A stretch of 64,000 nucleotides of DNA from an uncultured Desulfatitalea sp. Its GTDB lineage: Bacteria > Desulfobacterota > Desulfobacteria > Desulfobacterales > Desulfosarcinaceae. Under the pieces are notes generated by a model that was given only the letters and a program-made list of their open reading frames with translations, did no database searches and was not told the origin of the DNA. The position numbers and the translations under genes are program-made. This document shows positions 58,575-64,000 of the stretch, in pieces. Location of the stretch: contig CAXXMB010000001.1 in NCBI GenBank assembly GCA_963668675.2, forward strand, positions 832,001 to 896,000. Reading direction: 5' to 3'. The first letter of the stretch is position 1. Every line of letters starts with the position of its first letter.

Positions 58575-58647
58575 CTCCCCATTAGCCAATATTTACATTT
58601 ATATTCAGTCGGTTAAAAAACCATAAGCAGGGAAGGCGTCAACGAAC

Positions 58648-58684
58648 CGGCAACTGTTGCCGAGCAACCGATGACAAATTGCCG
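58648..58684. promoter_or_regulatory. Candidate enhancer (bEBP) sites
   Basis: Perfect palindrome CGGCAAC-T-GTTGCCG at 58648-58662 and related TGACAAATTGCCG at 58672-58684. Confidence 0.6.
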
Positions 58685-59218
58685 CTAGGCAACTGCTTCC
58701 AGACGATCGCCGCGGCGACGGCTATGGATCTTCATGGCCAACGCCAATTCGCTATGTGAGAGTCCCAGACGTCGGGCGATCTCTTCAGGCTTCGATCCTT
58801 CTGCGACCATATCGGCCACACTCTGACGCCCCTCTTTTGGGGGCACGACAGTCGTCACCGTCTCTTCATGACGATCATTCCGATGTTCGGTTTTAGGCAT
58901 GACGGCATGGTATCCGACCGGTGCAGCCTCTGACGCATTGCGGCACAACAACGCCTTCAATTTAATCTGTTCCGTCTCGATAATTGTGATCAAGGCTGTG
59001 AATACCGAATCGATCTGCTGCTCCAGAATCATCTGGTTCATCTGTTTGCCAAAACCGTCATTGAGCCCCTGAAACGCATCGGACATTTGTTGTTGGGTTT
59101 TGGCCCTGTTTTTGTATCGCTTCATGCGCATCAGCCGAACGCTGAGCATCAGCAGTATCATCGTCGGCAGACCAGCGACGGATAGCAAAACCCACATGGG
59201 AATGGTAATTTCCAACAT
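58685..59218 (-). CDS. Single-TM protein with a C-terminal HTH-like motif, downstream of fliA
   Basis: AGGAGG RBS, N-terminal hydrophobic helix and GSKPEEIARRLGLSHSELAL. Confidence 0.7.
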   Translation of the reverse strand: MLEITIPMWVLLSVAGLPTMILLMLSVRLMRMKRYKNRAKTQQQMSDAFQGLNDGFGKQMNQMILEQQIDSVFTALITIIETEQIKLKALLCRNASEAAPVGYHAVMPKTEHRNDRHEETVTTVVPPKEGRQSVADMVAEGSKPEEIARRLGLSHSELALAMKIHSRRRGDRLEAVA

Positions 59219-59291
59219 ATCTCCTCCTCTATCGTTGCATTGAGTTGCGATGGTGTTTCGCCATAGTGACTTGTCGGCACTGCAGTTGAGA

Positions 59292-60050
59292 TCAATCCTC
59301 GAGAAAGCCTTCTTTGCGCAGCTTGCTTCGCAGACGCAGCACCGCTTGTGAATGGATTTGAGACACACGCGACTCGGTGATATTCAAAACCATCCCGATC
59401 TCCTTCATGGTCATTTCGTCACTGTAGTACATGGAGATGACGAGACGCTCCTTTTCGGGCAGCCGCTCTATATGGCCGGCCAGGGTCGCTTTGATCTCTT
59501 TGACGGTTGTCAGGGACAAAGCGTCATCACCGCCGTTGTTCAACAGATAGCTGATGATATTCTCTTTTTCATCGCGAGAACCATGGCCGATCTCTTCAAA
59601 GCTGACGAAGGAGATGCTGGACATTCGTTTGACCTGATAGAACTGGTCCATGTCCATATCCATCTCTTCGGCCACCTCTTCGTCGTTGACCTCACGCCCC
59701 AGTTTCTGTTCCAGCTTGAGATAGGCTTTCTCCAGATTGCGGATCTTTTTCCGGGTGGTCCTTCCCAGAAAATCCCTGGATCTGAGTTCACTCAAGACTG
59801 CTCCCTTGATACGAAAAACTGCGTAGGTCATAAACTTGTTGTCGCGGGTGGGATCATAACGTTCAATGGCCTGAATCAGGCCAATGATGCCCACATTGAC
59901 CAGATCGTCCACCTCGACGGTGGGCGGCAGGTGCGTGGCAATGCGATTGACGATCCTGTTCACGTATGGCAGGTATTCGGCGATAATCTCATTGCGAAGG
60001 GTGTGGTCACCCTTATCCAGGTTTTTGAGTTGGGACTCCAAGACAGCCAT
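59292..60050 (-). CDS. fliA: RNA polymerase sigma-28 FliA
   Basis: DL...GIIGL..A, FMTYA.FRIKGA and TESRVSQIHSQA. Confidence 0.95.
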   Translation of the reverse strand: MAVLESQLKNLDKGDHTLRNEIIAEYLPYVNRIVNRIATHLPPTVEVDDLVNVGIIGLIQAIERYDPTRDNKFMTYAVFRIKGAVLSELRSRDFLGRTTRKKIRNLEKAYLKLEQKLGREVNDEEVAEEMDMDMDQFYQVKRMSSISFVSFEEIGHGSRDEKENIISYLLNNGGDDALSLTTVKEIKATLAGHIERLPEKERLVISMYYSDEMTMKEIGMVLNITESRVSQIHSQAVLRLRSKLRKEGFLED

Positions 60051-60128
60051 TGTTTCCCCCTATTGGAATTGGATATGGCTCTTTTCTGCTTAAATGTGAT
60101 CTCTATGCCGGCTTAGTATCTCTCCGAA

Positions 60129-61010
60129 TCAGCTCGGCATTTCGGTCATGCACCAGTCCGCTGTTCGGCTGTGCCGGTTCGAAACGGGTGACGCCACAAT
60201 CTTACGGGTCAGATCGATGAAATTGCGGCTTGCTTTGGTCAACGGCGCCATCTCGGTCACCGCTTTTTGCTGACGCACCCCTTTTCTGACATTTTCATCC
60301 AGCAGGATGCATCCATAATACTCCATCGAAATGTTTAAGAAGCGGTCTGCGACCAGGCTCAATTGGCGGTAGACATCCTCAGCTTCCTGGACGTTGGCGG
60401 CGGCATTGACCACCAGTTTGAAACGATCGGTACTGTGCTTGACCGATAGCACCTTCATCATGGCATAGGCGTCGGTGATCGATGTGGGTTCGGGTGTCGC
60501 GACCACCAGGATCTCATCGGAATTGATATTGAAATAGAGCACATTGGCGGAGATGCCGGCCGCCGTATCGATCAGCATCACGTCAAAATCGTGCATGAAG
60601 GCGTCCAGTTGGCTGAAAACGAGATAGCGTTCCTGCTGTGTCAGTGCCGTCAAATCCTGGATTCCGGACGCGGCTGGCAGGATCTGCATCCCGCCGGGGC
60701 CCGTGATGACAATTTCGGACAACTTCTTCTCGCCGCGAATCACATGAGAAAGGTTATATTGGGGCGTAAGTCCCAACAGGACATCCAGATTACCCAAACC
60801 CAAGTCGGCATCGAGGATCAGCACCTTTTTGCCGAACCGCCGCAGGGTATATCCCAGATTTGCCACGATGTTGGTTTTGCCCACGCCACCTTTTCCGCTG
60901 GTGATCGATATGATTTTGGGAAACCGATTCTCGTCCCGACCGTTTCCGTTTGTGACGGCTTTGCGATCTTTAAGCCGAATGACGTTCTTTGCTGTTTCTC
61001 TCTTGGTCAT
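60129..61010 (-). CDS. flhG: MinD-like ATPase FlhG/FleN
   Basis: SGKGGVGKT, DADLGLGN, DTAAG and PEPTSITDAY; located between flhF and fliA. Confidence 0.93.
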   Translation of the reverse strand: MTKRETAKNVIRLKDRKAVTNGNGRDENRFPKIISITSGKGGVGKTNIVANLGYTLRRFGKKVLILDADLGLGNLDVLLGLTPQYNLSHVIRGEKKLSEIVITGPGGMQILPAASGIQDLTALTQQERYLVFSQLDAFMHDFDVMLIDTAAGISANVLYFNINSDEILVVATPEPTSITDAYAMMKVLSVKHSTDRFKLVVNAAANVQEAEDVYRQLSLVADRFLNISMEYYGCILLDENVRKGVRQQKAVTEMAPLTKASRNFIDLTRKIVASPVSNRHSRTADWCMTEMPS

Positions 61011-61014
61011 AGCA

Positions 61015-62481
61015 TCAATTCCTGCTGCTGGCGTAACGGGTGCGTGCCAGGCGATCGATGGGTTTTAAGACGATGTGCTCGCTGCAGCACATGCGGCAAG
61101 GCTTGAATCCTTGCGCCAAAGCTTCGTTCGAATCGCTAAAGATCATAGCGTTCAAGTTGCTGATACGTTTGACCGATTTGCAGTCGGTCCGGTGAAATAT
61201 ATCGGAGTTGCGATTGGCCACGTACTGCGGCTCGCTCTCATTTCCAATTGGTCGGCGCTGCACCACCGTGATGGGCAGCCCCTGCTCCGAAGCTGCCACA
61301 TCGGGAACATCGGCTGACAGGAGGCGTATCGCCAGGGAGCGGTCTGTGGCGATGTTCAGGCCCTCCGGAATCCCTGCACCTGTGCTCATATAGCTCATCG
61401 GCAGACGGTGATGGGCCAGCTGATTGACAAAGGGGCCGATCTGTTCGGTCCAGTCGAGGTGTGTCGGCAACAGCCTGGTTACGCCTACCGGTTGGAAGAA
61501 GCGGACCATCTTGGCAATCGTCTTCTCCTGGGACGCTGCACTGAGCAGCAGGTGCACCTCCGGGTCTGCCATGGCCGTGATCATCTGTTCGAGGAACTGT
61601 CGTCCCTCCTGGTCGTCGGGGGCGATACCAGGGGTGTCGACCACGATCAGCTGCGCATCGGCCATGCGATCTAAGGCCTCTGAGACCTGTTTCGGTTCCG
61701 CTGCCGTCTCCAGGCCAAGGCCCATAATATCGGCGAAACGGGACAACTCATCCGTACCGGCGACCCTATGGTTGTCCAGGCTCAGGATGCCGACGCTATG
61801 CTGCTCATCCATCAGGGCACTCGCCGCCAATTTTGCCACTGTGGCCGTTTTCCCACTGCCGTTGGGGCCGACGAGAACGATAGTGCGACGCTCCTCGTGA
61901 CGCGACGCGCCTTCTTCCGGTGCGACCCACGCTCTGGTTTGAATGGCCTGGGCCAACGCCTCTACCATATCTTCTTCCCCCCCATCTGGGTGGGGCATCG
62001 CATCGGAGGAGAGGGACGCAAGCTCAGACGCGATGGCATCATCTAAACCCTGATCGCGCAATGCCAGGTAGATTGAGCTGTCGCTCGTTTCAGAAGCGGG
62101 CTTGTCCACTGCTCTCGATTCGGACATCATGCGTACCAGTTTTGGGCGCAACTTCTGCTGGCCGGTAAGGGTGATGGGTGTATAGCGCTCAAGAATGCGT
62201 TTCCTCTCACTTGCCGCCTCCCGGGCGGATGCCGCCGGGTTCGTTGAAAGATCGGACAGGGGCCACGCCTTCTCAGACTCATCTGCGACAGGCTCCTGCT
62301 CGGGCATCGCTTCATCGATGGCTGCCGTGACGATCACCTTCGCGCCTCCCATCTTCCCGAAAATACGGCTGGTCTTGCTCAGGTTTTTGGCCGACAGGAT
62401 CACCGCCTCTTCGCCAAACTCTTTTTTGATCATGCGCAGGGCATCAGACATGCTTGGGGCTTCAAAACGCTTAATCTTCAT
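61015..62481 (-). CDS. flhF: SRP-type GTPase FlhF with a C-terminal Ada-like Zn-binding domain
   Basis: N-terminal MKIKRFEA.SM..AL..IK.EFG.EAVILS; GPNGSGKT and DTPG; C-terminal FHRTDC...GFKPCRMC. Confidence 0.88.
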   Translation of the reverse strand: MKIKRFEAPSMSDALRMIKKEFGEEAVILSAKNLSKTSRIFGKMGGAKVIVTAAIDEAMPEQEPVADESEKAWPLSDLSTNPAASAREAASERKRILERYTPITLTGQQKLRPKLVRMMSESRAVDKPASETSDSSIYLALRDQGLDDAIASELASLSSDAMPHPDGGEEDMVEALAQAIQTRAWVAPEEGASRHEERRTIVLVGPNGSGKTATVAKLAASALMDEQHSVGILSLDNHRVAGTDELSRFADIMGLGLETAAEPKQVSEALDRMADAQLIVVDTPGIAPDDQEGRQFLEQMITAMADPEVHLLLSAASQEKTIAKMVRFFQPVGVTRLLPTHLDWTEQIGPFVNQLAHHRLPMSYMSTGAGIPEGLNIATDRSLAIRLLSADVPDVAASEQGLPITVVQRRPIGNESEPQYVANRNSDIFHRTDCKSVKRISNLNAMIFSDSNEALAQGFKPCRMCCSEHIVLKPIDRLARTRYASSRN

Positions 62482-64000
62482 CTTTCAGCTCCGCTACTCC
62501 AATGGATTGAATTCTGACATTGGGCAAAATCTCCTCGTAGGCCAGGACAACCAGGTTGGGGATAAAGCGATCCACCAGCTTCTTGAAATGAGATCGGATC
62601 TGCCCCGAACACAGAACCAACGGTTGAAGATTTCTCTGGTTAAACTGTTCGAGCTGCTTTGCCAGTTGCTGTATCAATCGCTGGGCCATTTGGGGATCCA
62701 TCGCCAGGAAGTCTCCCTGGTCGGTGCGCTGGATCGATTCGGCAATGCGACGTTCGGCGCTCTGCCCAAGGGAGACCGCCACCAGATCCTCTTCTGGTGT
62801 CAGGTATTGCCGGGTGATCGATCGTGCCAAGGACTGACGCACATACTCCGTTAGAATATCCAACTGCTTGACCGATGGCGCCCAATCGGCCATGGCCTCG
62901 ATGATGGTCAGGAAATCACGGATCGACACCTGCTCGCCAAGCAGGTTTTGCAACACGCGCACAACTCCACCCAGAGACAAATGGTTGGGAACCAGCTCGT
63001 CCACGACTTTGGGATGGGTCTCCTTGAGCGCATCGAGCAGTTGCTGCGTCTCCTGACGACCGAGTAGCTCATGGGCGTGGCGCCGAATGATATCTGAGAG
63101 ATGGGTGGTGATTACCGTAGAGAGATCGACCACCGTGAAGCCCTTGGCAATCGCCTCCTCGCGCACGGCCTCTTTGATCCAGAACGCATCGATCCCATAG
63201 GTCGGCTCTTTGGTTGGAATGCCGCTGATCGACTCGTCCGCATTGCCCGGATTCATGGCCAGATACTGGTTCAACATCAAGTCGCCCCTGGCGATTTCGT
63301 TGCCTTTGAGCTTGATGGCATACTCACCTGGCCGCAGCTGCATGTTGTCCTGAATATGGATCGAGGGAACGACAATGCCGATCTCCTGTGCCATCTGCCG
63401 ACGAATCGATTTGATGCGGTCGAGCAATTCACCATCCTGCTGGCTGTCCACCAGGGGAATCAGACCGTAGCCGATTTCCAACCCGAGGATATCCAGCGGA
63501 GGCAAGGGCCTGAAACTCTCGGTGGCATCTTCAGCAGCCTCGGCGACAACCTCCTGCTCCGCTGTTGCTTCTTGAGCTGCCTTCTGACGCCCGGCGTGGA
63601 GCAACAGGTAGGCCACGCCGCCCACAAAGATGGCCAGGATAAAAAAGGGCACCGTTGGAAGGCCGGGAATCGTTCCGAAGATGAAGAGAATAAAAGCCGC
63701 TACGGCTAAGGCACGCGGTTTAAGGAAAAGCTGAGTGCCGATTTCGATTCCCAGGCTCTTCTGCGAACCAGCCCGACTCACCACGATGCCGGCTGCCGTG
63801 GAGATGATCAGGGCCGGCACCTGGCTCACCAGTCCGTCCCCGACCGTGAGCAGTGTGTAGTTCTGGGCTGCCTCGGAAAATGACATCCCGTTTTGAAAAA
63901 CGCCGATGGCAAAACCGGCCACAATGTTGATCAGCGTGATGATAATGCCGGCAATGGCGTCACCACGAACAAACTTGTTGGCACCATCCATGGCGCCATA
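62471..64000 (-). CDS. flhA: Flagellar export gate FlhA, 5' end outside the window
   Basis: YGAMDGANKFVRGDAIAG, LLTVGDGLVSQ, IGYGLIPLVD and LTEYVRQ. Confidence 0.96.
   Translation of the reverse strand, partial: YGAMDGANKFVRGDAIAGIIITLINIVAGFAIGVFQNGMSFSEAAQNYTLLTVGDGLVSQVPALIISTAAGIVVSRAGSQKSLGIEIGTQLFLKPRALAVAAFILFIFGTIPGLPTVPFFILAIFVGGVAYLLLHAGRQKAAQEATAEQEVVAEAAEDATESFRPLPPLDILGLEIGYGLIPLVDSQQDGELLDRIKSIRRQMAQEIGIVVPSIHIQDNMQLRPGEYAIKLKGNEIARGDLMLNQYLAMNPGNADESISGIPTKEPTYGIDAFWIKEAVREEAIAKGFTVVDLSTVITTHLSDIIRRHAHELLGRQETQQLLDALKETHPKVVDELVPNHLSLGGVVRVLQNLLGEQVSIRDFLTIIEAMADWAPSVKQLDILTEYVRQSLARSITRQYLTPEEDLVAVSLGQSAERRIAESIQRTDQGDFLAMDPQMAQRLIQQLAKQLEQFNQRNLQPLVLCSGQIRSHFKKLVDRFIPNLVVLAYEEILPNVRIQSIGVAELKDED

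Overview
A mostly housekeeping chromosomal window. Gene content and style suggest a sulfate-reducing Desulfobacterales-type bacterium (inference). Left to right: recC (runs off the left edge and is absent from the ORF track), elbB, a thioesterase, an M24 peptidase and xerD. Next is a Pfa-type iterative fatty-acid/polyketide synthase locus (pfaD plus a 3-ACP pfaA, with a divergent HTH-like gene between them and no pfaB/C/E in the window). Then a degenerate class III cyclase, a REC-GGDEF protein, a crotonase plus ADP-forming acyl-CoA ligase, and manA divergent from a queE-queC-glycosyltransferase-HAD-DUF89 operon. These are followed by an MrfA/MrfB-like helicase-exonuclease fusion, a CNNM/CorB gene with a long leader, efp, guaA, an Ntn acylase plus CoA ligase, kdsB, larB, a kinase-HDOD pair, motAB and a large flagellar cluster from flgL to flhA (flhA runs off the right edge). 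I found no tRNA/rRNA, CRISPR array, IS or prophage. The best leads are: (1) an unannotated MgtL-like (MDDP...) leader ORF with alternative RNA pairings before the CNNM gene; (2) an FlhF with altered G4/G5 motifs fused to an Ada-type Zn finger; (3) a DUF89-like protein with an NDT/DUF4406-like C-terminal domain in a queEC operon; (4) the split pfa locus with a candidate regulator and operator. All family calls come from reading motifs by eye, with no database search.
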